Positions 23,625 to 33,387 of a stretch of DNA of 64,000 nt are shown here, piece after piece. Origin of the DNA: an uncultured cyanobacterium. GTDB lineage: Bacteria; Cyanobacteriota; Cyanobacteriia; PCC-6307; Cyanobiaceae. Position 1 is the first letter of the stretch, and every line of letters starts with the position of its first letter. The position numbers and the translations under genes are program-made. The stretch lies in NCBI GenBank assembly GCA_963765575.1, contig CAVXWZ010000011.1:608001-672000 (forward strand), written 5' to 3'. The notes beneath the pieces are model-generated. The model saw only the letters and a list, made by a program, of their open reading frames with translations. It was not told where the DNA came from and searched no databases.

Positions 23625-23697
23625 TACCCCCAAGGGGATTCGAACCCCTGTCGCCTCCGTGAAAGGGAGGTGTCCTAGGCCTCTAGACGATGGGGGC
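23625..23697 (-). tRNA. tRNA-Glu (TTC)
   Basis: Reverse complement GCCCCCATCGTCTAGAGGCCTAGGACACCTCCCTTTCACGGAGGCGACAGGGGTTCGAATCCCCTTGGGGGTA; cloverleaf, T-loop GTTCGAAT, CCA not encoded. Confidence 0.97.
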
Positions 23698-23835
23698 GAG
23701 GCCACGGCACCCCGCCATGGGGGCTTCCGTCACGGCGCTCTGGTGGGGAGGCCTGATGGGGAAGAAGCGGCACCGGATCTGGGATCTGGGCCGTTGCGCC
23801 GATGCATGGACGCTACGGGCCGGGGCGTCCCTTCG

Positions 23836-24981
23836 TCAAGGCGCCGCCCTCTGGCCGTTCCAGACCGGCACGGTGACATGGAAACAGGCACCCTCCCCGG
23901 GTTCGGACACGACCCAGATGCGGCCGCCCTGGACCTCGGCGATGCGGCGGCACACCGACAGGCCCACCCCATAGCCGGAGGTGGTGCCGGCGGTCTGGGG
24001 CAGGCGCACCCGGTCTAGGAAGATCCGCTCCTGCTCCGCCGCCGGGATGCCGGGACCGCTGTCGCACACGCTCACCTGCAACCACTGGCTGGTGCGGTGC
24101 AGCAGGGCGAGACTCACCCGGCCGCCTTCGGGTGTGTACTTGAAGGCGTTTTCCAGCAGGTTGAGCAGCACCTGACGCATGCGGCGGCCATCGGCATGCA
24201 CGTCCGGAAGGTCGGCTGGGATGTCGGTCACCAGGCGCAGGTCCCGGCCCACCCAGAGCTTCTCGAGTTCCAGGATCGTCTCGGCAGCCACCGTGCCCAG
24301 ATTCAGGCGCTGGGGGTTGAACAGGGCCTCCCAGCGGGTGCTGCCCACCTCCAGCAGGTCCTTCGAGAGGGCCTCGATGTCATTCAGCCGGCGCCGCAGC
24401 ACATCCTGGAAGCGGTGCACATCGATCTGGCCGAGTTCGTAGCTCTGCAGTGCCAGCTTCGAGGCCGTGAGCGGGGTGCGCAGCTCATGGGCCACCATGC
24501 GCAGCAGGCGCTCCTGCACCCCGAGCCGCTCGATCAGGGCCTCATTCTCCTGGCGCAGCACCAGCAGCTGATCCTCCAGTTGCAGTTCGCGGCGACTGCG
24601 GCTGCCATCGGTTTCGGGGGGCTGCAGGTTCATGCCCAGGCTGCTCACCACCTGTTCCTGTTCCCAGCGGGGCAGCCAGCTGCGCAGCTGCTGGCTGATG
24701 GTGCTGCCGGCGAACACCTGCTTCGGCAGCGGTGCCAGCTTCACCAGGGCTGGGGTGGCGACCAGGCGGTGCAGCTCCAGCAGCTCGGGCTGGCGGGCGG
24801 GATCGACGATCGTGAGTGTGGGCGCCAGTCCCTGGTCGTCGCCTTTGAGCAGCTGCACCAGGGTGCGCAGATCGGCGCTGGCCAGGTGCTGGCGGGAGGC
24901 CAGCAGCAGCAGCCTCAGCCCTTGGCGCTGGCCTTCAGCCTCAGGGGTGGTGGTTGCAGGGCTGGCGGGGGCGGAATCCAC
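23836..24981 (-). CDS. sasA: Adaptive-response sensory histidine kinase (KaiB-like sensor domain)
   Basis: [27 protein letters not shown] KaiB-like domain, [13 protein letters not shown]-box, N and G boxes. Confidence 0.92.
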   Translation of the reverse strand: MDSAPASPATTTPEAEGQRQGLRLLLLASRQHLASADLRTLVQLLKGDDQGLAPTLTIVDPARQPELLELHRLVATPALVKLAPLPKQVFAGSTISQQLRSWLPRWEQEQVVSSLGMNLQPPETDGSRSRRELQLEDQLLVLRQENEALIERLGVQERLLRMVAHELRTPLTASKLALQSYELGQIDVHRFQDVLRRRLNDIEALSKDLLEVGSTRWEALFNPQRLNLGTVAAETILELEKLWVGRDLRLVTDIPADLPDVHADGRRMRQVLLNLLENAFKYTPEGGRVSLALLHRTSQWLQVSVCDSGPGIPAAEQERIFLDRVRLPQTAGTTSGYGVGLSVCRRIAEVQGGRIWVVSEPGEGACFHVTVPVWNGQRAAP

Positions 24982-25063
24982 GGCGCCAGCCTATGGACAT
25001 CCGCGCAGGGCAGCATCCCCCAGGCGATGCAGCAGCATGGATTGATCCATTCGATGGCCCCCC

Positions 25064-25477
25064 GTGATCGTGCCGCGCCTGTCCCTGAGCTCCATGGCGC
25101 CAGCGCTGCTGGCGGCGGTGCTGCTGCTGCCGGCCAGGCCCGTGCAGGCGGCGCCGGCCACCGAGGCGGAGATGGAGGTCTACACGCGCCTCGCCGCGCT
25201 CAACCTGTGCATCGCCCGCACGGCCGGGGTGGAGTTTGACCTGGCGGTGTCGGTCGCGGCGGAAACCATCAGTGTGTGGATCCAGGGCAACCACGACGGC
25301 GGTGTGGCACCGGTGTCGGCCACTCCCCTGAGCATTGATGAGCTGCGCAAGGGTTCGATCAATTCCGCCGTGCTCGGCGCCGCCGAACTCTGCCCGGACC
25401 AGTTGCCTGAGGCCGTGCTGCGCGATGTGCAGCAGGCCGTCAAAACCGCTGCTCCCCAAGCCCCCGCCCGCCCATGA
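25064..25477 (+). CDS. Conserved hypothetical exported protein
   Basis: Signal-peptide-like N-terminus (VQA/APAT), two Cys; ATGA overlap with pepN. Confidence 0.7.
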   Translation: MIVPRLSLSSMAPALLAAVLLLPARPVQAAPATEAEMEVYTRLAALNLCIARTAGVEFDLAVSVAAETISVWIQGNHDGGVAPVSATPLSIDELRKGSINSAVLGAAELCPDQLPEAVLRDVQQAVKTAAPQAPARP

Positions 25478-28188
25478 CCAGCGTGCGCCTTGCCGACTAC
25501 CGCCCCGCGGCCCAGCTGCTGGATCGCACCGACCTGACGGTGCGTCTCCACGACGACCATGCCGAGGTGGAGGCGCGGCTGGAATTCCGCCCCAATCCGC
25601 TGGCAGCCCCCGGGCCGCTGGTGCTGCAGGGGGTGGAGCTGGACCTGCAGGAGTTGCGTTGCGATGGCCAGCCCCTGGCGCAAGACGCCTACCAGCTGGA
25701 TGGCCAGCGGCTGGTGATCCCGGAGCCGCCCAGCGCTGCGTTCGTGCTCGAGAGCCGGGTGTTGATCCGGCCCCACGCCAACACCAGCCTGGAAGGGCTC
25801 TACGTGAGCAGCGGCCTGTTCACCACCCAGTGCGAGGCCGAGGGCTTCCGCCACATCACCTTCCATCCCGACCGGCCCGACCTGCTCAGCCGCTTCCGGG
25901 TGCGCATCGAGGCCGACCGCAGCACCTGTCCGGTGCTGCTCTCGAACGGCAACTGCGTGGCGGCCGGCGAGCTGGCTGACGCTGCGGCGGGATCCCCGGG
26001 GCGCCATTACGCCATCTGGGACGATCCCTTCCCCAAACCCTCCTATCTGTTCGCCCTGGTGGCGGGACGGCTGGAGGAGGTGCGGGACCGCTTCCGCACC
26101 GCCAGTGGCCGCGAGGTGGTTCTGCGCATCCATGTGGAGCCCGGCGATGCGCCCTACACCGCCCATGCGATGGCATCGCTGAAGCGGGCCATGGCCTGGG
26201 ATGAGCAGCGCTACGGGCTGGAGTACGACCTCGATGAATACAACATCGTCGCTGTGCGTCACTTCAACATGGGCGCCATGGAGAACAAGAGCCTCAACAT
26301 CTTCAACTCCAAGCTGGTTCTCGCCGATGCCGAAACCGCCACCGATGGTGAGCTCGAGCGCATCGAGAGTGTGATCGCCCATGAGTATTTCCATAACTGG
26401 ACCGGCAATCGCATCACCTGCCGCGACTGGTTCCAGCTCTCGCTCAAGGAGGGGCTCACCGTGTTTCGGGATCAGAGCTTCAGTGCCGATCTGCATGGCG
26501 CTGCCCTGAATCGGATCGAGAACGTGGCGATGCTGCGTAACACCCAATTCCGTGAAGATGCGGGACCCACCGCCCACCCTGTGCAGCCCGATTCCTATCA
26601 AGCGATCGACAACTTCTACAGCACCACGATCTACGAAAAGGGATCGGAGCTGATCCGCATGCTCCACACCCTGCTGGGGGAAGCCGTCTTCCAGCGCGGC
26701 ATGGCGCTGTACGTGAGCCGCCACGATGGCTGCGCCGCCACCTGTGACGACTTCGTGCAGGCGATGCAGGACGCTGCCGAGCCGAGCTGGACCAGCGGCG
26801 AGGCATCGCCACGCTTCGACTTCACCCAGTTCCGGCGCTGGTATCACCAGGCGGGAACGCCCCGGCTGGAGGTGCATCGCCACTGGGATGGCGCCACCGG
26901 GCAACTGGATCTGCAGATCCGCCAGCACACCCCCCCCACCCCGGGGCAGCCGCACAAGCAGCCCCTGGTGATCCCTCTGGCCCTGGGCCTGCTCGATCAG
27001 GCGGGCGATCCCCTGCCGGTGCAATTAAGTGGTGAAACCGAGGAACAGGCGCTGCGGGTCAGCCGCCAGGACCAGGCCGGACGCCTCACCCGCCTGCTGG
27101 TGGTCGACGCGCCGGAGCAGGGTCTGCAGCTGGTGAACCTGCCCCGCCAGCAGCATCCACCGGCCCTGTCGCTGCTGCGCCACTTCTCGGCTCCGGTGAA
27201 GCTGGAGCTGGGCCGGCCCACCGCCGAGCTGGTGCACCTGCTGGCCAGCGACAGCGACGCCTTCGCGCGCTGGGATGCAGCTCAGGCGTTGCTGCGGGAG
27301 GCCCTGCTGCGCCGGGCCGGTGGCCAGGTGGACGGGCTGCTGGAGAGCGAGCTGATCGATGCCTTCGGCCGCATCCTGGCCGACCCCGCCCTCTCGGAGG
27401 CCAGCCGTGCCGCCCTGCTGGCCCTGCCCGGCATGCCCGAACTGGAGGACGCCGCCGCCGCCACGGCCCTCGAACCCGATCCACCGGCCCTGTTCGCCGC
27501 CCGCATGGGCCTGCAGCAGCGCTTCGGCGAAGCCCTGGCCGACCCCCTCGGCGAGACCCTGGAGCGCTGCCAACACCAGTGGCAGCTCACCTGGCCTGAG
27601 GGCAGCGGGGCCCGCAGCCTCACCGCGGCGATCTGGCGTTGGCGCGTGGCCGCCTGTGATGGGACCGTGATCGCCGCCGCCCGCGCGGCGGTGGATGGCC
27701 CCTCGATGACCATGGCCCGGGCTGGCCTGCAGGCGTTGCAGTGCTACCCGATCCCGCAGCGCCAGGAGGCGGTGGAGGGCTTCTACCGACGCTGGCAGCA
27801 TCGGCCGGTGATCCTCGACGCCTGGTTTGCGCTGGAGGCTTCGGCCCCCTTCGCCGATGGCCTGGAGCGGGTGGGCCGGTTGCTGGAGCATCCCCGCTAC
27901 GACCCCGCCGCCCCCAACTCGGTGCGGGCGGTGCTGGGGGGTCTGGCCGGCAACGCGCCGGTGTTCCACGCCGCCGATGGCAGCGGCTACCGCTTCCTGG
28001 CGGAGCAGATCGCTGCCCTCGATCGCCGCAACCCGATCACCGCCTCGCGCCTGGCGAAGGTGTTCAGCCGCTGGCAGAGCTACGGCGTCCAGCGCCAGGG
28101 GCGGCTGCGCGAGGCCCTCGAGCAACTGGCGGCAGGGGAGCTCTCCACCAACAGCCGCGAGGTGGTGGAGCAGTGCCTGGCCGCCTAG
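25474..28188 (+). CDS. pepN: Aminopeptidase N
   Basis: TQCEAEGFR, GAMENK, HEYFH..W, YEKG. Confidence 0.96.
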   Translation: MTSVRLADYRPAAQLLDRTDLTVRLHDDHAEVEARLEFRPNPLAAPGPLVLQGVELDLQELRCDGQPLAQDAYQLDGQRLVIPEPPSAAFVLESRVLIRPHANTSLEGLYVSSGLFTTQCEAEGFRHITFHPDRPDLLSRFRVRIEADRSTCPVLLSNGNCVAAGELADAAAGSPGRHYAIWDDPFPKPSYLFALVAGRLEEVRDRFRTASGREVVLRIHVEPGDAPYTAHAMASLKRAMAWDEQRYGLEYDLDEYNIVAVRHFNMGAMENKSLNIFNSKLVLADAETATDGELERIESVIAHEYFHNWTGNRITCRDWFQLSLKEGLTVFRDQSFSADLHGAALNRIENVAMLRNTQFREDAGPTAHPVQPDSYQAIDNFYSTTIYEKGSELIRMLHTLLGEAVFQRGMALYVSRHDGCAATCDDFVQAMQDAAEPSWTSGEASPRFDFTQFRRWYHQAGTPRLEVHRHWDGATGQLDLQIRQHTPPTPGQPHKQPLVIPLALGLLDQAGDPLPVQLSGETEEQALRVSRQDQAGRLTRLLVVDAPEQGLQLVNLPRQQHPPALSLLRHFSAPVKLELGRPTAELVHLLASDSDAFARWDAAQALLREALLRRAGGQVDGLLESELIDAFGRILADPALSEASRAALLALPGMPELEDAAAATALEPDPPALFAARMGLQQRFGEALADPLGETLERCQHQWQLTWPEGSGARSLTAAIWRWRVAACDGTVIAAARAAVDGPSMTMARAGLQALQCYPIPQRQEAVEGFYRRWQHRPVILDAWFALEASAPFADGLERVGRLLEHPRYDPAAPNSVRAVLGGLAGNAPVFHAADGSGYRFLAEQIAALDRRNPITASRLAKVFSRWQSYGVQRQGRLREALEQLAAGELSTNSREVVEQCLAA

Positions 28189-29390
28189 GGGCGCCGCAGG
28201 CTGCGGTGCAGGTCGGTGAAGGAGCGCTGGCGCAGGGCCGGGCCCTCGCGGCCGGCGTGCTCCCCCCAAAGCCCCTCCCAATAGAAGTAGATCACGCCAT
28301 GGCCGCGGGCCTTGGACAGCCGCACCTTCTCGGCCACGGTGCTCATGTCGGTGGTGCGTCCCCCGAAGCCGGCCAGGATGCCGATCTCCACCGGCATGCC
28401 CCATTCCCTGGCCTTGACCAGCGCCGGCTGGTTGAGGTCATTGGCGAAGCCCTTCACCGAGAAGGCGTAGTTCTGCACCACCAGGTCGTCCACCAGGCTG
28501 CCGACGGTCCACAGCTCCCAGTCCTGCAACCAGCGGTTGTAGGCGAACCGGAACGGTCCCGGTGAGAGGCTGATCCAGGTGGGGTGACCCTTGTCCTTGC
28601 CATCCTTGCGCGCCTGCTCATCGAGCTCGCGCAGGGCGGTGCGCAGCTCGCGCAGCAGTTCGGTGAGCTGCTGGCGGCGCCAGCGCATCCAGAAGCGATC
28701 GGTGTGGTTGGCGGGCGGCTCCTGGCCGGTGGCCTGGCGATAGAGCTGGCGGGTGTAGGGGTCGTAGCCCAGTTCCACCGGCCAGGCGAAGTGGTCGTCC
28801 AGCTGGATGCCGTCCACCCCGCAGCGCTGCACGATCTCGGTGATCAGGCCGATGAAGCGCTCGCGCACCCCGGGATGGGCCGGATTCAGCCACACCATGG
28901 TGGTGCCGTGCATGGGATAGGCGGTGCTGCCGTCCCGCCGTTGCAGCACCCACTCCGGTCGCGTTTTCACCACTTCGGCGGTGGCCGGTTCCATCAGGCC
29001 GTACTCGAACCAGGGGAACACCTCCATGCCGCGGCGCTGGGCGGCGCGGGTCATGTGGCAGATGGGATCGAAGTTGGGGTTGGCCTTCTGCAGCGCCGGC
29101 TCCATCGGCGCCCAGCGGCTGCGATGGAAGGTGGTGCCCCGGCTCCAGACGTTGGGATAGAGGGTGGTGAAGCCGGCCGCCGCCAGCTCCTTCACCGCCT
29201 GATCGATCCGGGCCGGCTGGTAGTAGAGGGGGCTGGGGCTGTTGGTGAGCCACACACCGATGCGTGACGCCGCCTGGGGACGGGCCTGCTCCCGGGCCGC
29301 TCCAGGGCCCTGGGTGCCGGCCAGGATCGCCCCGCTCAGGGTCGCTGTGGTCAGGGTTGCCGCCAGCAGGCGGCGGATCCGGGATCGCAC
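28185..29390 (-). CDS. Glycoside hydrolase-like family 10 (GHL10/DUF187) exported protein
   Basis: GVWLTN, PWFEYG, WLNPAHP, DGIQLDDHF, QDW; signal peptide. Confidence 0.85.
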   Translation of the reverse strand: MRSRIRRLLAATLTTATLSGAILAGTQGPGAAREQARPQAASRIGVWLTNSPSPLYYQPARIDQAVKELAAAGFTTLYPNVWSRGTTFHRSRWAPMEPALQKANPNFDPICHMTRAAQRRGMEVFPWFEYGLMEPATAEVVKTRPEWVLQRRDGSTAYPMHGTTMVWLNPAHPGVRERFIGLITEIVQRCGVDGIQLDDHFAWPVELGYDPYTRQLYRQATGQEPPANHTDRFWMRWRRQQLTELLRELRTALRELDEQARKDGKDKGHPTWISLSPGPFRFAYNRWLQDWELWTVGSLVDDLVVQNYAFSVKGFANDLNQPALVKAREWGMPVEIGILAGFGGRTTDMSTVAEKVRLSKARGHGVIYFYWEGLWGEHAGREGPALRQRSFTDLHRSLRRP

Positions 29391-29401
29391 GGCGGCCTGT
29401 C

Positions 29402-30409
29402 TCAGCGGAACATCGAGCTCACGGAGCTCTCCTCGTGGATCCGCCAGATCGCCTCGCCGAGCATGTTGGCCACCGACAGGACGCGCAGCTGGGGGAAGCG
29501 CCGGTCCGCCGCCAGGGGGATGGAGTTGGTCACCACCACCTCCTCAAACAGCCCAGGCTCCGACATGCGCTCGGCCGCCGGCGGTGAGAACACCGAATGG
29601 GTGGCGCAGCAGAGCACCCGGGCCGCACCGCTGCGGCGCAGCAGCCGCGCCCCTTGGCAGATGGTGCCGCCAGTGTCGATCATGTCATCGATCAGCACGG
29701 CGGTCTTGCCGGCCACATCGCCGATCACCGTGAGGCTTTCGGCCACGTTGTGGCCGGCGCGGCGCTTGTCGATGATCGCCAGCGGCGCGTCGTTCATCTG
29801 CTTGGCAAAGGCCCGGGCCCGGGCCACGCCTCCCACATCCGGCGACACCACCACCACCTCGTCAAGGTTGCGGGTCTTGAGGTAGTCCACCAGGACAGGG
29901 GAGCCGTAGATGTGATCGCAGGGGATGTCGAAGTAGCCCTGGATCTGGGAGGAGTGCAGGTCCATGGCCAGCACCCGGTCCACGCCGCTCATGGTGAGCA
30001 GGTTGGCCACCAGCTTGGCGGTGATCGATTCGCGGCCGGCGGTCTTGCGGTCGGCCCGGGCATAGCCGTAGTAGGGGATCACGGCGGTGACCTGGCGGGC
30101 CGAGGCCCGTTTGCAGGCATCCACCATGATCAACAGCTCCATCAGGTGGTCGTTCACCGGCACGCAGGTGGGCTGCACCAGGAACACGTCGCAGCCCCGA
30201 ATCGACTCCTGGATCTGCACGTAGGTCTCGCCGTCGGCGAAGTGCTTGATCACCCGCGGACCGTCGGGAACGCCGAGGTAGATACCGATTTCGCGGGCCA
30301 GCTCCTGGTTGGCGGTGCCGCTGAACAGGCGCAGGCGCCGGGTGTCCTGCCCGGACTGTGCCGCCTGGTTCGCCTGTGCCAGCCGATCGGCGGTGAGGAA
30401 ACTGGTCAC
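29402..30409 (-). CDS. prs: Ribose-phosphate pyrophosphokinase
   Basis: FADGE, PYYGYARADRK, VSPDVGG, DDMIDTGGT; GTG start (MTSFLTA). Confidence 0.96.
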   Translation of the reverse strand: MTSFLTADRLAQANQAAQSGQDTRRLRLFSGTANQELAREIGIYLGVPDGPRVIKHFADGETYVQIQESIRGCDVFLVQPTCVPVNDHLMELLIMVDACKRASARQVTAVIPYYGYARADRKTAGRESITAKLVANLLTMSGVDRVLAMDLHSSQIQGYFDIPCDHIYGSPVLVDYLKTRNLDEVVVVSPDVGGVARARAFAKQMNDAPLAIIDKRRAGHNVAESLTVIGDVAGKTAVLIDDMIDTGGTICQGARLLRRSGAARVLCCATHSVFSPPAAERMSEPGLFEEVVVTNSIPLAADRRFPQLRVLSVANMLGEAIWRIHEESSVSSMFR

Positions 30410-30477
30410 GGCGGGCGCAGACGCGTCAGCGGAATCCTGATGGTAGAAGCGGGGCGGTGCGGCATTTGCAAACATCA

Positions 30478-31026
30478 ATGACGCTTGCGATCCCCCCGTT
30501 GACGTCGTCGCCTGCTGCTTTGGTTCTGCTTGCGGTCGGCCGGCCCTCAAAGGTGGCGGCCCGCCTGGCCCAGGCCGCCCCCCCTCTCGCCGAGGCCCTG
30601 GGCCTGCCCCTGGCGGCCCCCCTGGCCCCCGCTGATCCCCAGGCCGCCCTGGCCGCGCTGGCTGCTGCTGCTTCGGCTGTCGGGGGCACGTTGCCGCAGC
30701 TGGTGCCCCTGCCACGGGATCCCGGCCACGGGTTGCCGGACGGCAGCCACTGGGCCGAGGCCCTGGGTGCCTGGCGTCAGCCGGTGCTGGTGCTCTTCAC
30801 CGCCCGGCAGCTGGATAGCGGCCTGCCCGCCGCCACCACGGCGTTGCTGGAGCGCTCGCAGGTGCCCTGCGCCGGCCTGTTGCAGTGGGGCGGCACCTGG
30901 GACGCCGCTCGCCGGCGCCTGGACGCCCTGCCCTGGTTGGGGGGGCAGCCCCAGGGCGGCCACGGCGACCCTGAGCACCTGCGCCGGGCGCTGGCCCTGC
31001 GCTGGGCGCAGCTGGAGGACCGCTGA
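30478..31026 (+). CDS. Conserved hypothetical protein
   Basis: WAEALGAWRQPV and WDAARRRLDALPWLG segments; divergent from prs; start uncertain. Confidence 0.6.
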   Translation: MTLAIPPLTSSPAALVLLAVGRPSKVAARLAQAAPPLAEALGLPLAAPLAPADPQAALAALAAAASAVGGTLPQLVPLPRDPGHGLPDGSHWAEALGAWRQPVLVLFTARQLDSGLPAATTALLERSQVPCAGLLQWGGTWDAARRRLDALPWLGGQPQGGHGDPEHLRRALALRWAQLEDR

Positions 31027-31033
31027 CCGCCGC

Positions 31034-32083
31034 CTAGGGGGTCGGGGCGCTCGCCTGCTTGCCCTCAGCGCTTGGGTTCTGGGCTTGGCTGCCTGCTGTC
31101 GGCTCGGGCCAGAAGGGTTGCGGCAGCTCGGCCTTCCGCTCGCGCAGGCCTGTGGCCTTGGCCGCCGTGCTCTGGCGGGGAGCGGCCAGGGGCAGGGTTG
31201 TGAAGCTCACGCTGGTGTCGGGCCTGAGGGCCGCCGCCAACAGGCTCAGCACTTCGCCGCGGGTCAGGTTGGTGCTCACCTGGCCCCGCAGCCGGTTGGC
31301 GAGCTCCGGCAGGTTGGCGCCCATGCCCTGCAGGCGCATCTCCTGGTGCAGGCTGTCCACCACCTGTTGATGGTTCTCCAGGCGGCTTTCCAGGGGGCGG
31401 GCGGGGTCGCGCCAGCGGGCCAGATGCTCGATCTGTTCGGGACTCAGGCGCTGCAGGCCGGCCTGCAGATCAATCTCCAGCTCCTGGGTTTTGTCGCTGT
31501 AGCGCATGGTGCGCTGGGGATTGACCTCCACCGTGCCCAGCCCATCGACCAGGGCACGCAGGGCGCTGCGGCTGACCACCAGGAAGCGATCAGGGCGGCC
31601 CGCCGGCAGCCCCACGAGATCGCGCACCGCATCGGCCGTCAGCGCCGCACCACCGCTGCGATACAGGCTCGCGAGGGACTGGGGTTGCTTTTCGCCCGGC
31701 AACTGCACCGCCAGGCTGGTGGGCAGTGCCAGCACCTGCAGGGGCCCCTTGGGGTTGAACCGCAGCAGCACCAGGGCGTCGGCGTTGGCGGGGCCTGCCG
31801 GTGCCGCCCCGTTGACGGGTGCATTGATCTCGTCGGCGTCGATGCCGATCACCAGCAGGGTGATCGCACGGCTGGGGAGATTGGCGAGGTCGCTGATGCT
31901 CTCGCTCAGGCCCTCGCCGCCGAGGCTGCTCGGTTCGGGTTCGGGCCACAGCAGGTTGAGCAGGGACACACCCACCACCGCCCCCAGGGCGGCCAGAGCG
32001 AATCGCTTCAACAGCTGGCCCCACTGCCCCGGATGGCGGGGGAGATTCAAGCGGTTCTTGATGGTGGGCAGGCGGCGAGGCAT
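31034..32083 (-). CDS. LytR-CpsA-Psr (LCP) family protein
   Basis: N-terminal TM, LLVIGID, NADALVL, MRYSDKTQELEIDLQAGLQRL, STNL. Confidence 0.85.
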   Translation of the reverse strand: MPRRLPTIKNRLNLPRHPGQWGQLLKRFALAALGAVVGVSLLNLLWPEPEPSSLGGEGLSESISDLANLPSRAITLLVIGIDADEINAPVNGAAPAGPANADALVLLRFNPKGPLQVLALPTSLAVQLPGEKQPQSLASLYRSGGAALTADAVRDLVGLPAGRPDRFLVVSRSALRALVDGLGTVEVNPQRTMRYSDKTQELEIDLQAGLQRLSPEQIEHLARWRDPARPLESRLENHQQVVDSLHQEMRLQGMGANLPELANRLRGQVSTNLTRGEVLSLLAAALRPDTSVSFTTLPLAAPRQSTAAKATGLRERKAELPQPFWPEPTAGSQAQNPSAEGKQASAPTP

Positions 32084-32181
32084 CGGCGCAGGATCGCAAG
32101 GTCGCGGCAACCGGCCACACTCTCGCGCAGCAACTTGCCGGGTCCCCCTCGCAAGCGGTGCAGCCGATAGGTTGAGGCGCA

Positions 32182-33387
32182 GTGTCCCGCCCGCCCGTGC
32201 CGGCTCCCCACGAGAAGGCCCGGCCCCTGGCCAAGGGCAGCGTCTATCCCGCCAAGGACCTCTGCAGCCAGTGCGGCCTCTGCGACAGCCGCTGGGTGGC
32301 CTACGTGAAGCAGAGCTGCGCCTTCCTCACCCAGCGCTTCGAGGCGATGGAGGCTGAGGCCCACGGCCGCAGCCGCGATCTCGAGGATGAGAACGAGCTC
32401 TATTTCGGCGTGCATCAGCGGATGCTGATGGCCCGCCTGCGCCAGCCCCTGGAGGGGGCCCAGTGGACCGGAATCGTCAGCCGCATCGGCGTGCGGGCCC
32501 TGGAAACCGGCCTGGTGGATGCCGTGCTCTGCGTGGGCCAGAGCGAGCACGACCGCTTCACGCCCGTGCCGCGCCTGGCCCGCACCCCCGCCGAGGTGCT
32601 GGCCGCCCGGGTGAACAAGCCCACCCTGTCGCCCAACCTGGAGGTGCTCGAGCAGCTGCCCGGCAGCGGCATCCGCCGGCTGCTGGCCATCGGCGTGGGC
32701 TGCCAGATCCAGGCCCTGCGGGCCGTGCAGCCCACCCTGCCCCTCGATGAGCTCTACGTGCTGGGCCTGCCCTGCGTCGACAACGTGTCCCGCGAGGGCC
32801 TGCAGACCTTCCTGGAGAGCACCGTGAGCTCCCCCGACACGGTGGTGCACTACGAGTTCATGCAGGACTTCCGCATCCACTTCCGCCACAGCGACGGCCG
32901 CAGTGAAACCGTGCCCTTCTTCGGGCTCGACACCCCCAAGCTCAAGGACGTGTTCGCCCCCAGCTGCCTGAGCTGCTTCGACTACACCAACGCCGGCGCC
33001 GACCTGGTGGTGGGCTACATGGGGGCCACCTTCGGCAGCCAGTGGATCACCGTGCGCAACCCCCGGGGCCAGCAGCTGCTGGATCTGGTGGCGCCCGAGC
33101 TGGAGACGGCGCCCGTGACCTCCAGTGGTGATCGCCGCGCGGCGGTGCAGCAGGGCATTGGCGCCTACGACAAGGCCCTGAAGCTGCCCCTGTGGCTCGC
33201 GCGCCTGATCGGCCTGGTGGTGGAGCGCGTCGGGCCCAAGGGGCTGGAGTACGGCCGCTTCTCGATCGACTCCCACTTCACCCGCAACGCCCTCTGGGTG
33301 CGCCGCCACCACCCCGAGAAAGCTGAGGCTCACATCCCCGCCTTCGCCCGCAAGATCGTGAGCCGCTACCGGCTGCCCGAAGCTTGA
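32182..33387 (+). CDS. bciB: Ferredoxin-dependent 8-vinyl (3,8-divinyl chlorophyllide) reductase, FrhB family
   Basis: PAKDLCSQCGLCD, GAQWTGIV, GVGCQ, PCVDN, SCLSCFDY, GLEYGRFSIDSH. Confidence 0.88.
   Translation: MSRPPVPAPHEKARPLAKGSVYPAKDLCSQCGLCDSRWVAYVKQSCAFLTQRFEAMEAEAHGRSRDLEDENELYFGVHQRMLMARLRQPLEGAQWTGIVSRIGVRALETGLVDAVLCVGQSEHDRFTPVPRLARTPAEVLAARVNKPTLSPNLEVLEQLPGSGIRRLLAIGVGCQIQALRAVQPTLPLDELYVLGLPCVDNVSREGLQTFLESTVSSPDTVVHYEFMQDFRIHFRHSDGRSETVPFFGLDTPKLKDVFAPSCLSCFDYTNAGADLVVGYMGATFGSQWITVRNPRGQQLLDLVAPELETAPVTSSGDRRAAVQQGIGAYDKALKLPLWLARLIGLVVERVGPKGLEYGRFSIDSHFTRNALWVRRHHPEKAEAHIPAFARKIVSRYRLPEA

Noticed and set aside
23540..23700. tRNA-Glu as an island integration site
   Set aside because: No integrase, no duplicated tRNA 3' end seen, and core genes flank both sides
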